64,000 nucleotides of DNA from Amphiscolops sp. MND2022 (Eukaryota). This document shows, piece after piece, positions 1 through 10,297 of the stretch (its first letter is position 1; each line of letters begins with the position of its first letter). The notes beneath the pieces were generated by a model, which was given only the letters and a program-made list of their open reading frames with translations, ran no database searches and was not told where the DNA came from. The DNA lies in assembly GCA_964187785.1 (NCBI GenBank), contig OZ076409.1, forward strand, positions 88,662,001-88,726,000. The letters run 5' to 3'. The translations under genes were made by a program, and so were the position numbers.

Positions 1-308
1 TTTTGGCAGGCAAGAAAAAACCTAGTCGTAAACTATTGACTAATGTCGCCAAAAGGGCTGCCATTGAAACTGTGAAGACAAACTTGCCGAGCGGCGTTGC
101 GCTTCGGCCGGGCGGAGGCGGCGGTGGCGAGCGGAAACCCGAACCGCGGCGGTCGGCGGCGAAGGTGAAGGACGGAAGTACACGAAACGTCAAACAATCA
201 TCATCAGACAAGAGAAAACGAAGTAATAGTCGTTCAAGCATTTCAAAGAAAGCAAGCGCCAAGAGAAGTCGGTCCGACATTTTGTCTGAAATTCAATTTT
301 CCCAATAG
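1..308 (+). CDS. C-terminal part of a Lys/Arg/Ser-rich basic Maverick virion (core-like) protein, 5'-truncated by the window
   Basis: Open frame to TAG at 308. Very basic tail ending KRSRSDILSEIQFSQ, directly upstream of the capsid gene, where Mavericks usually carry such an ORF. Confidence 0.6.
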   Translation, partial: LAGKKKPSRKLLTNVAKRAAIETVKTNLPSGVALRPGGGGGGERKPEPRRSAAKVKDGSTRNVKQSSSDKRKRSNSRSSISKKASAKRSRSDILSEIQFSQ

Positions 309-323
309 AGAAAACTTTAGAGA

Positions 324-1676
324 ATGACAGCATCAGTTAACAACCTGTTTGTGGGAAATTCCATGGAAATTGCAAAACCAGTGACACACAGCGCCCTAGA
401 CTATTTCGAAAAGCCTGAAGTAATGATAAATTACGAAGGGGCATACGATCAAGAAGTATTTCCCCATGTTGGTTGCCGCGGCCCGCAGTTGGATTTCTTT
501 GTAGCCGCTGAAGCAAAAAATTTGATTGACTTGAATCGCATTGTTCTCAGTGTTGAGGTGGCAATCTATCAAGAGGATGGAAAAACCAAGGCAAAACCAG
601 GTGACTTTGATGCAGTCTTTTCCAACAATACTCTCCACACGCTCTTTTCGCATGCAGAATTGTATCTCAATGGAAAGTTGATTTCTCACAGCAACAATTG
701 CTACTTACATTCCGCCTTTGTGGAAACTGAATTAACCACCGACACTGATGGTAAAGCTTCATGGGCCAAATGTCAAGGCTACAACTATTTAGCCAAGTCC
801 AATGAGAAAGATCAAATGTTCAACAAGCTTGCAGCTGATTTTGCCCAACTTAAAGAGTGCAAAATGCAATTATGCGGTGCTCTCCACATTGATTTTCTGG
901 ATTGCGAAAAACTTTTACTGCCCAATGTCACTTTACATATTCGTCTTTACCGCTCGCCCAACAACACAATCATCTATCTCAAAGGCACAGATGACGAAGC
1001 GAAAGCGCACGATGGAAAAGTTTTAGCCATTGTCGAGAAGGCTTCGCTTTTTGTGAGGAAGGTTGTAGTGACTGATAGTGTCAAGTTGTCAATAGAGAGA
1101 GCACTGGTGAAAAGTGATGCAATGTATCCGTACATTGAGAGTTTGAACAAAAGTTTCATTATTCAAGCCGGGCAAAATTGTTTCATAAAGGAAAATGTTT
1201 TTGGCACCGAGCCAATTCGACGATTAACTTTGTGCATGGTTAAAAACTCATTGTTTCGAAGTACGCCACTAAACCAGTCCCCTTTCTCATACCAAAAGTT
1301 CAACTTGCAAAGAGTGGAAATCCAAAGGGGCAATGGTGTACCTTTAGCTGGGACACCATTGGATACTACCAACAATGTGAGATTGTACTACAATACGATT
1401 ACCGCTCCTGGATTCACCCAAAAGGGTAACGGTATCAGCCTTGAGGATTATACAGACAACCATTTTTTTCTCGTTTTCGACTTGACATCAACTGAAGAAG
1501 CTGGCAAGACTTTCACACTTTTCCCCGAGCTAACGGGATCCAGTTTGACTCTAAAGCTGTACTTTGAAAAAGCACTTGACGATGCTATTGAACTCTTTTT
1601 GATTGGAGAGCGATTTAGTCAAGTTTTTATTGACTCAGCGCGCAACATAAAGAAAAACAGTCCCTTTGATGGATAA
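324..1676 (+). CDS. Maverick major capsid protein (PY / hexon-like double jelly-roll), 450 aa
   Basis: Intact ORF with PY-type motifs SALDYFEKP..., LDF...IDLNRI, NNTLHTLFS..ELYLNGKLIS and FFLVFDLTS. Confidence 0.88.
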   Translation: MTASVNNLFVGNSMEIAKPVTHSALDYFEKPEVMINYEGAYDQEVFPHVGCRGPQLDFFVAAEAKNLIDLNRIVLSVEVAIYQEDGKTKAKPGDFDAVFSNNTLHTLFSHAELYLNGKLISHSNNCYLHSAFVETELTTDTDGKASWAKCQGYNYLAKSNEKDQMFNKLAADFAQLKECKMQLCGALHIDFLDCEKLLLPNVTLHIRLYRSPNNTIIYLKGTDDEAKAHDGKVLAIVEKASLFVRKVVVTDSVKLSIERALVKSDAMYPYIESLNKSFIIQAGQNCFIKENVFGTEPIRRLTLCMVKNSLFRSTPLNQSPFSYQKFNLQRVEIQRGNGVPLAGTPLDTTNNVRLYYNTITAPGFTQKGNGISLEDYTDNHFFLVFDLTSTEEAGKTFTLFPELTGSSLTLKLYFEKALDDAIELFLIGERFSQVFIDSARNIKKNSPFDG

Positions 1677-2223
1677 TTCTACAATACAGCAGATTGTTCT
1701 ACAGAATCCATATTTGAAAACAAGCTTTGCTGGTGTTTGGTCTGCGGACAATTTTCCGAAACAGCCGGGATGGACTAAACAACGAATATATTTGCGGAGA
1801 AGATCAAAACAATCTTTCTACTTTAGACCTCGTTTGGTTTGGTTCCAAATTGTCAACACTTCCCCATTGGGCGCAGTAGGAAAACATTGGCTGCTACTGG
1901 GAGCCGTCTCGACACAATACAAGAAAAATCAAGTTTTTGTTTGGGATTGTCTAGGTCAACCCTTGTCACGTTACAAAATTTTCTCTCAGCGTTTGAAGCT
2001 GCAGTACGAAAAAACAGGATTTTCGACAATCAACCTAACCCTTCAAAACGTCAGCTCAAATATGTGCGGACTATATTGCCTGTTCATGATTGACTACATT
2101 GCAAGAAACCCTACAAAAGCACCCAAGGAAATTGATCAAAAACTCAAGCAATTTACGGAATTTGAAATTATTCGTTTCATGAATTGTCAATATCATACAT
2201 TGTTTAGATATATTGTAGTGTAA
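1669..2223 (+). CDS. Adenain-like (adenovirus-type) cysteine maturation protease
   Basis: FAGVWSADNFP, IVNT...GKHWLL (His), VWDCLG (Asp), LQ..SSNMCGLYC (Gln/Cys). The ATG at 1669 overlaps the capsid stop. Confidence 0.92.
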   Translation: MDNSTIQQIVLQNPYLKTSFAGVWSADNFPKQPGWTKQRIYLRRRSKQSFYFRPRLVWFQIVNTSPLGAVGKHWLLLGAVSTQYKKNQVFVWDCLGQPLSRYKIFSQRLKLQYEKTGFSTINLTLQNVSSNMCGLYCLFMIDYIARNPTKAPKEIDQKLKQFTEFEIIRFMNCQYHTLFRYIVV

Positions 2224-2293
2224 GACATCTAATTTATGAATTTAAACGTTATATACCCTTGCCGTTTGCATAAAAAGGAGCAGTATTATTGAG

Positions 2294-2593
2294 CTAACAG
2301 TTTTCATCCGCACTGCTGGAAGAATAATTCACTAGTTTAAATTCGGCACTTGCACAAATTTTTCGTCGTTTCTGAGTTGAATAATACTCTCCATTAAATT
2401 GAGAACCATCGTCGTCAGTCGAGTCCTGTGCCTCATAATTAATGAATGGACAATCGAATTGGGCATCGTGCTGCTCATAAGCCAAGTCGTCAGATAGAGT
2501 GTCCCAGTCAACAACATCTGACAGATCTTCATCATCGTTAGAGCAAGAAGCTGATTGATTGAAGCCAGGATCGGGCACATCTAAATTGAACAA
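2294..2593 (-). CDS. Acidic ORF in the same frame as the PolB tail; possibly a further PolB C-terminal exon
   Basis: DVPDPGFNQ...D/E-rich...KRRK. Separated from the upstream acidic segment by a single TAA inside an intron-like stretch. Confidence 0.4.
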   Translation of the reverse strand: MFNLDVPDPGFNQSASCSNDDEDLSDVVDWDTLSDDLAYEQHDAQFDCPFINYEAQDSTDDDGSQFNGEYYSTQKRRKICASAEFKLVNYSSSSADENC

Positions 2594-5500
2594 TTAGGCT
2601 GATATCATGTAAGAATACCAAGAGATCGATACCCTATGAATAAAATGGTACCAACTGAAATTTGCCAAGTCAGATTTCAAAGCCTGTTTTATAGGACTCC
2701 CGTAGCTCGAACCAAGCGATGAGCAGCTTTCATCGAGAGAATCTTCGTCATTATTGAGGGAGTCGATATCAGAATCACTGTCAGGAGTGGAGGCACTGCT
2801 GCTGCTGCTGCTGCTCACTGATTTATCACAATCACTGGAAGAGTCCATATCTTCGTCAGAAGCAACATTGACTAAAACTTCAGACTTTCATCACACGAAA
2901 AACATTTTTTAAAAAAAAAGTAGGAAAAAAATACCTTGATCAGGAACTGGAATGGCATAATGACCATACGCTAGCGAGGCGATCCCATCATTCAAAATGT
3001 AGCGCTTGTCGTCAAAAGCACTCAAGGCTATTTTCTCAACAGAATTAACAACAATTTGGTGATTGAAGGACTTGAGTTGAAACATGGTCTTGGTTACTTG
3101 TTCTTTCGAGAGCAGGCACTTTTTGAAAAGGTCATGATGCAACGTTTTTTTCACACACTTGGTAACACCTTTTGCACTCTGTTTCTTCCCACCCACGAAG
3201 TCGATGCTGTATAATTTGGATCTGAGACAGACAACTTCCCTCAGAACTTTACCTTGGAGCTCATCTGTCATAGTCAAAGGGACTTTTTTGTTTGTTGGAT
3301 CATAAAGAAAGTGGTCTGGAGGATAATCAGACAAGTCGAGAAGGTGTTTGAAACCGGCCATATCTTGATACAAATTTTCTGTTTCAACGCAGTAAAGCAG
3401 CGAATCCGTGTCTTTGTAGGCCAATTTCAACTTAGCTGCAGAATAGCGAGGTACCATTTGCTCATAATGGAATTTGTAAAGGGAAAGTTTGGATAAATCA
3501 AGAATTGATGCTCCCACTGGAGTTGGTTTGTCCCATAGGACACTGCTTGATTTGAATGAAACGCTGACCAGATTTTCATTGACTATATTGAATGATTTGA
3601 AAGATGGTTTTTGAATCATTGATTCAGCTTGTTGAACATTTCCCACAAAAGCAATTTTACTTCGCTTGCGCAGATTCTCCATCGTTTTTCCGAAACAAGC
3701 ATTGCTCATTAGCTTGAAAATTTTTTTTCAAAGTCATTTTCAGCCTGCTTACGCATGATGGTATTTTTCTCAATGTACACACCCAGCCATTTGCTTTGAC
3801 TAAACTCGCACACACGATGCAGTTTTTCCACAACTAATCCATGCTTTACATAAAATTTCAAATTTTCGTAATGACAGACGTAGTTTTTTTGTCAAAGAGG
3901 GTTTCAACCAGCTTAGGCACCTTGTTCGGCTTCAAACCAAAAGATTTTGCATACGGAGAAAACCATTGAGGCAGAATTTGACGATTTTCAGGTGCCAATG
4001 GCAAGCCATTGTGAATGTCATGAAGTTCTTTTGGATACAAGAGGTCAACTTCAACAAAAAAACCGACATCTGCATCAGCGGAAGTATCGAGAATTTGTTG
4101 CAATGTTATCGCGGTGTTCCATTTATAATTGCCCATAGGCATCACTTTTTGCATGGTGCCAGCATAAAGAGACGTGACATCAAAGAACGCCCCAAAAGTT
4201 GTAGCTTTGCTAGGGTTGTGATGAGGTAGCAAATCGTTGTTGGCATAGAAATGTCGAATCTCGCCGACACCATTGACTCCACCCCGAATTCCACGTTCGA
4301 AAAACAAAAGTTTGTCAATTTCATCCAATAAACCCAACTTTGCATCCGTTGAGATCAGCATTGCGTCCCAACTGAGGTTGGGAGCTGAGTAGAAATGAGC
4401 CGGATCTAGCTTGTACACTCTGAGACAAACCTTTCTAAATTTTTCAAAAATGTCAGCCAACAGAAAAACATCCGTTTGCAAGTAGAGATCGTGATAATCT
4501 CCCAGATTTTTACAAGCAAAAGCGTCATAGATACTAGCAGCTTCATTGTATTGGTCAGGAGTTATATCCACTGTCCCAGTGAGAGTATTTTTCCAATCAA
4601 TGCCCAGGGGTGGCAACGGTTCATCAAACTTTTGGAAGCTGTCCAGAAAGCTGTATGGAAAAAAACCTTTTTTGGTGAGTTTTTTGAACACCTGATCAGG
4701 TACACTGGAAAAATGCTGACGAAGGAGTGAAAAGTCTTCAGCCTTCAATGTCTTAGCCAATGATTCCAAACTTTGTGACATGAACTGCAAGCTGTCAAGG
4801 AATCGCAATGAATGAAACAGCCTGACAATTTTGTTCTTTTTGTCGGTATAGCTTCCCACCGGCATCGATAAGTTAATTGAAGTATATGTCTCATCAGTTC
4901 TGGCGATTGCTGAAAGTTTTTCACCCTTCTCCAATTTCAATTTTTTCAAAATATGATGCGAATCATAGCGCGAAAAATTGTGGAAAAATACAGGCAGGAA
5001 ATTCGTTGTTCTTGCTTGCAGGTTGCACTTGGAGTGGGCCACGCCAAAAACTTTTCCAGACAAATGGCAATGGTGAATCACCCGCGTGGAAACTTGAGCT
5101 TCTTTACCGCAGATGCAACACTCGGCAAAATGCACATTTAGGATCCTTTCGCGCTCACTTTTTGAAATTTTAAGCCAACGGAACTTTTGCTTTTGTGAGT
5201 AACACCAGACAGACCATTCTCGTAAGGTACGCAGGAGCTTCGATATAGAGTTTTCACCACGATAAAAGGATTCTTTCACAACTGCTCCGGCTAAAAAACA
5301 ATGACAGTTGAGAAATGGTTAATTAATTAATAGGAAATGCAAATGAAAACACTAACCCTTGTTATCGACCAAAACAGCACCGTAACTAGCAGGAAACTGT
5401 CGCTCAATCTCACGCGTTTTCGATGAGAGTCTGTGGGTTTCAGTTTGACAAACATTTAAAGCCTCCAAATCAGCGTACACAACAAATGGACACTGCTGTG

Positions 5501-6782
5501 TTTTCTGCCAATTCACAAACTGGAGTATTCGATCGTCTTTTGGCATTAAAATTTCCAAAGGATCATTGGATTCACAGAAAGTTGAATGCCTGGCCATATT
5601 CTGTTTCAAAACTGGTTGATAACAATTCCGGCAGAAGCGACTTTTCGGGCCACTTGACCTTTTCTGCGGAGAGCGAGAGAGATGATGAATAAGGTTTGAA
5701 AAGTTCTTGATGAGACAATAGTGACTCCGCTTCCCATCAACCAATCTCAACAGATTAACTTTTCTTCTCTGACTTTTGTTTTTGCTACTGTAGATATTGA
5801 TCAATTTCCTCCCATCTAATTGATAGACATTGATTGAGCATCGATTTCTAACTTCAAAGGATCGAATACCAGAGAGTGGCATGGGCATTTGTTTTACATT
5901 GAAATGTAGCTTCTGCACATTTTCCAAATGTGTTTTGGGTCGAAAGGCACGACCGACGAAAGAGAACAGCGCCGCGGCAACACAATACAGAAAACAGAAG
6001 TTGTCCTTCTTATTGACTATATTCAAAAGGCTTCTTTTCAATTTCTGCGGAATAGGGGGCGTCTCGATGTAGGAACCAGCCACAACAGTAGCACATTTCG
6101 CAGTCTTGATTTCAAATCTCTCCATTTTTTGCACAACCCAGCCTGAACCACCAGTAGCAAACACGTTGAGTTGGCTCATAATTTGATCCAAATGCTCCAA
6201 GAACTCCTCTTCAGTTAATTCCAGCGATAGTTTTGCCATGCTTGAATTGAAAAAAGCTTCGGTCGAATCGTCCACTAAAGGTTTGCGTAAACGCACGCTC
6301 ATTGAAAAACCCATCTTCATGTTGCCTTCAACCTCCAAAATCGAGTTGACAAATCCCATTATTTTGTCTTTCAATGAAATCAAGCAATTGAAAGGTTCAA
6401 TAAACGACGACTCCCCAAGGTTCAATCGATGAATTTGGAAATGTGATTTCAAAGCTTTCGTTGAGAACTCGATAGTTGAAATATCTTCTGGAAGAGAGCG
6501 TTTGACGTTTTCAGTTGAATGCATCTCCTTCTCATGTGTAGAAAGAGCAACAGAGCAACCATAAAACGTGGGACACGAAGAACATCGGAACTGGTTTGTC
6601 ATTTTATGGACAGAGCGTAAATGTCGCAACAAATTCTTTGATTGAGTGAAGCCTGTAGGACAGTGTCCACAGTGGAATACTTTGGCGCTCTGTTGAATAT
6701 TACCATGTTTTGTTTTCAAATGATTGCTTAAAGCTCGCTGGGAAGCCAAAATCTTCCCACAATGTTGACATGAAGAATTCAT
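2594..6782 (-). CDS. polB: Protein-primed family B DNA polymerase (pPolB) of the Maverick, spliced: exons 6782-5357, 5290-2935, 2871-2594; two 1-nt homopolymer frameshifts near 3885 and 3720
   Basis: ExoI VYADLE, ExoII HNFSRYDSH, ExoIII YLQTDV; Pol A DVTSLY, Pol B KLMSNACFGK, Pol C YKDTDS. Three N-terminal C2H2 fingers and an EndoVII-like module. GT-AG introns 5356-5291 and 2934-2872 join the frames exactly. About 1350 aa after repairing the two frameshifts. Confidence 0.9.
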
Positions 6783-7257
6783 TTCGAGGTGAAACCTTTC
6801 AAGTAATCACGGTGCCATTCCATATCAAGTTGAAATTTTTCAAGATCAAAAAAAAAGCAGAAACGGTTCTAGGAAATTCAACTACATTTTCGAAGCAGAA
6901 TGGCACCGTGAAAGAAAATTTGAGAGTTTAGCTTTTCAATTTTCCGGAACAGTAAGAGATCGTAATTAAGCTTTTCAGTTAATTCAGAGCGAAGATTTTC
7001 AAAAACATGTGAGCTCTGATAAAACATTACGATACATATGCCGAAAAGTGGATTTTATCATCAAGTGTAAAGTGTATTTGCCGTAAAACGAGAACGAACC
7101 GTATTCTAGTCAAACAGAGTAGTGTGTTCATCGTGAATTTTGATGCACAGTGTAATCAGAAATTGCGGATTTTGGTCATTGAGCGTAATTAGAGAAAAGT
7201 GGAAACCAGTCAAGAATTTCAACCTACAATTGGCTCAATTCCGTAACGTGTATAAAG

Positions 7258-7422
7258 CGTAAATTAGTCAATGTTTGACTAGAATTTTTTTTCGAGTACT
7301 TAGAGCTATGTACCACGTAAACTCGTCAATGTTTGACTAGAATCCACTTTTCGAGCACTTAGAGCTATCTACCACGTAAATTAGTCAATGTTTGACTAGA
7401 ATCCACTTTTCGAGTACTTAGA
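7258..7422. repeat. About 3 tandem copies of a 58-59-bp unit, each with a TAGTCAA-tgt-TTGACTA hairpin
   Basis: Units begin CGTAAA at 7258, 7316 and 7375. Confidence 0.85.
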
Positions 7423-8694
7423 AATACCATTCATTTCAAAAGGGGAAAGTGATCAAAGTTTGACTACTTTACACCAAAGAAACGATACATCGTATTGGCT
7501 TTCTTATTTAACAAAAACGCTTCACATTGTAATTGCAGTCGGTAATTAGGTTGACGTTTGACACTTTTCACTTTGACTGGTTTACATGTACACTAATTTG
7601 ACTAATTTATATAATTACATGCGTGAATTCACATGGGTAGGGATAGAAAAGAGCCTTAACGTATTATGTTTTTAATGAAGACAGTTTATTTCGTTTCGTG
7701 TTAATTCGACTAAACCTTTTGGTTTAGTATTTGGAATTGTTGATCTTTGACAAGTAATTGAAAATTTAACATTTTGGAACCAAATTCTTTTCCCTTTTTG
7801 CAACTTTGCACTTTTCATGCTAAATGCTTTCACATAATTGAGTATTTTAGTCCGGTTAATACCTAGTCGTCACAATTTTAGGACGGTAATACCTAGTCGT
7901 CACAACTAAGGCTGAAACACATTGAACAAATTGAACAACTGAATCATTGAACATCATGTGTTGAAATACCGTCACATAATTGAGTATTTTAGCTAAATAT
8001 ATCTAATATGAGCTTGCTAAATCATATATCCTAATCAAAATCACTAACGTACACACTTTGCCGTTGTGAATTCCAGTCAAAATGTGTACCAGGTTAGAAA
8101 GAAAATGATCAATGCTTCTCAGTGGAAAACAGTCAAAGTAATCACTAGCTTACACACTTTGATTGTTTTTCACTTTGAAAGTGAATTCCAGTCAAATTGT
8201 GTACCAGGTTAAAGTGTAAAACAATCAATTTCCGTCTTCGTGTGTGAAGTGGAAACCAGTCAAAGTACGTAATTGTAGAGAGTGTAAAGTAGTCATTTAC
8301 TGTATTTTGATCACTACGTGTAACGCCAAATCACACAGTGTAACGAGCAAAACTCGTAACGCGTATCAGAAATAATAACGCGTTTCTATTGGCTGTTAAT
8401 CGAACTAGCAAGATCTTGCTAGTTCGTTGCGGCATATGTATCGTAATGAACATTGAATTTCTTTCAAAGTTTGACCAAACAGTACTTTTGTATTCAATGT
8501 CTGTGAAAATGTCATGAAAGGACAGCCAGCAGTCTTTTGTATCGATAAGGTTTGAAATCGTTCCGGGTTATCGGTTCTCTTTGTATAGAAACCATGAAGA
8601 AACCTTAATCAGTTTGCAATGCAAACAAAGCTTGACATATGGCACACATTTTGAATAAAGAATCAGTTTGACCTTTGAGCTTTATGACTTTGAA

Positions 8695-8823
8695 AGTTTT
8701 CGAGTTGGGAGCCCAAAACGTGCATAAGAAATCTATCTTAGAAAATTTTCGGTTGGGAGCCCAAAACGTGCATAAGAATTCTATCTTAGAAAATTTTCGG
8801 TTGGGAGCCAAAAACGTTCATAA
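8695..8823. repeat. Subterminal 48-bp tandem repeat (about 2.7 copies) of the Maverick terminal region
   Basis: TTGGGAGCC at 8705, 8753 and 8801, exactly 48 bp apart. Confidence 0.9.
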
Positions 8824-9159
8824 ACCCCCCCTTCCTTTACTACTAGCGGAGTTGAGTGTATACCGTTTGAAAGTTAGTGTTGAAATCCGGGTAATCTGTG
8901 ACATTTTTCTCCAAATTGAGTTCATCAGGAACTTTATGACCTTCCTAAGTTCGTGTTTTTTTAATTTTTTTTTAAAAATCTTTTTCAGCTTCTTTAAAAT
9001 TTTCAGGTGTTCTAAAAACTAGTTTTGAACCTTTACGCCTTTAATATTATAGTTGCTCCGACTTTCAATACTGGAAAGTTTGCTTCTAGAGTTTAGAAAA
9101 TCCATTTGAAGTTTGTTAACTCCAAAGTTTGTTAATTCTATATATGTTCCATCGATCAG

Positions 9160-9309
9160 CTTTCCCGAAGAGCCATCTATAAAGAGATGGAGGAGAAAGC
9201 TAGGGAGGAAGCCATGTCACGTGCTCTCTCTAGAACCCCCGTTGGCAACTCTTCTTCTCGAAAGGATGCCAATTCTGCCTCCAACTCTCGATCTAGACCA
9301 GGATCAGCT
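9160..9309 (+). CDS. Candidate 150-nt phase-0/phase-0 cassette exon of the dynein gene
   Basis: ATCAG|CTT...GCT|GTAAAT. Open frame LSRRAIYKEMEEKAREEAMSRALSRTPVGNSSSRKDANSASNSRSRPGSA. More GC-rich than its flanks, and its phase matches the exon at 10298. Confidence 0.45.
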
Positions 9310-9674
9310 GTAAATTGTTGCTTTTTCATTGACTCCAGAAAGGAGGCGTCTAGAAAATTTGGGTTTCATATTCGGCTCAACTTTTTAATGTTTCGAGTAA
9401 ACATCCATTCAATTCTTCCTTGAAAGTGTATCTTCCTAGATTTCTACTAGCCATGGAATGAAACCCAAATTGTAGTGCCTCATTTTTTGAGTTTTCGAGT
9501 GTGTTTCAGCTGAGATTTTTCATTTTCAAATGTATGCTTTATCTGCACTTCTGCAACTTTTTGGTTATTTGTTTTTTTTTTGTTTCATTTGTTATGTCTT
9601 AGTGTGGCGTGCGTGTGTATTTTTGTGCGCTCTACTTTATTTGAAACATTGCACACAACCGATAGTTTTGTCTT

Positions 9675-10265
9675 TTTAGTCGGCGCCTTTTCCCTTAAGG
9701 AAAAAAGCCAGACTATTACAGTTGGTAGTTTTTTCAGCTGACAATCTCACTGTGTGGTCCACTTTTCTCACGATTTTCATCTTGCATACAATCTTGCAAC
9801 GTATTTTACATTATCATCTAAGAAACTCAACGGGACCAAAGGGTACTCGGATATAACGTTTTCAAAGTTCAAATGTAACGTTTTCAAAGTTCGGATGTAA
9901 CGTTTTCAAAGTTCGTATATAACGTTTTCAAAGTTCGGATGTAATGTTTTCAAAGTTCGGATATAACATTTTCAAAGTTCGGATGTAACGTTTTCAAAGT
10001 TCGGCTGTAACGTTTTCAAAGTTCGTATATAACGTTTTCAAAGTTCGGATGTAATGTTTTCAAAGTTCGGATATAACATTTTCAAAGTTCGGATGTAACG
10101 TTTTCAAAGTTCGGCTGTAACGTTTTCAAAGTTCGGATGTAACGTTTTCAAAGTTCGGATATAACGTTTTCATTTTTCCCCAATTTTTTTTTGGATTTTC
10201 CCAAAATTTCACATAATTTGTTTAGCCTTAGATATGGCGCCGACTTGGGCCGTTCCCGGCTTGTT
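9675..10265 (+). mobile_element. Helentron-associated non-autonomous element (HINE/DINE-1-like), family A, with internal minisatellite
   Basis: 5' TTTTAGTCGGCGC with a nearby partial inverted partner. 3' GGCGCCGACTT followed by a GCCG-ttcc-CGGC hairpin and TTGTT. Confidence 0.65.
9847..10172. repeat. 20-bp minisatellite (TAACGTTTTCAAAGTTCGGA-type), about 16 copies
   Basis: Direct tandem units with no spacers. The same unit recurs at about 41810-41975. Confidence 0.95.
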
Positions 10266-10297
10266 TCAATTTCCTTAGTTTCAATCTGTCGTTGTAG

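Larger units (their letters stand above)
1..8844. mobile_element. Maverick/Polinton (adintovirus-like) element, right arm; left part lies outside the window
   Basis: Capsid, adenain and protein-primed PolB genes are clustered. Subterminal 48-bp tandem repeats end in ...CCTTTACTACT (8844), the reverse complement of the typical Maverick 5'-AGTAGT terminus. Confidence 0.92.

Noticed and set aside
3700..3895. Programmed ribosomal frameshifting or a third intron in the PolB core
   Set aside because: The intervening sequence encodes conserved polymerase residues, and two successive shifts would be needed; homopolymer error or decay is simpler.
7258..7422. Palindromic repeats with regular spacing (CRISPR-like)
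   Set aside because: The intervening sequence is also repeated; it is a tandem repeat in the Maverick arm.
8605..9022. Repetitive ORFs (LGAQNVHK.SILENFR)n
   Set aside because: Translations of the 48-bp subterminal repeat.
9847..10172. Regular 20-bp repeat array resembling CRISPR
   Set aside because: Contiguous units without unique spacers, eukaryotic context, no cas genes; a minisatellite inside a dispersed element.
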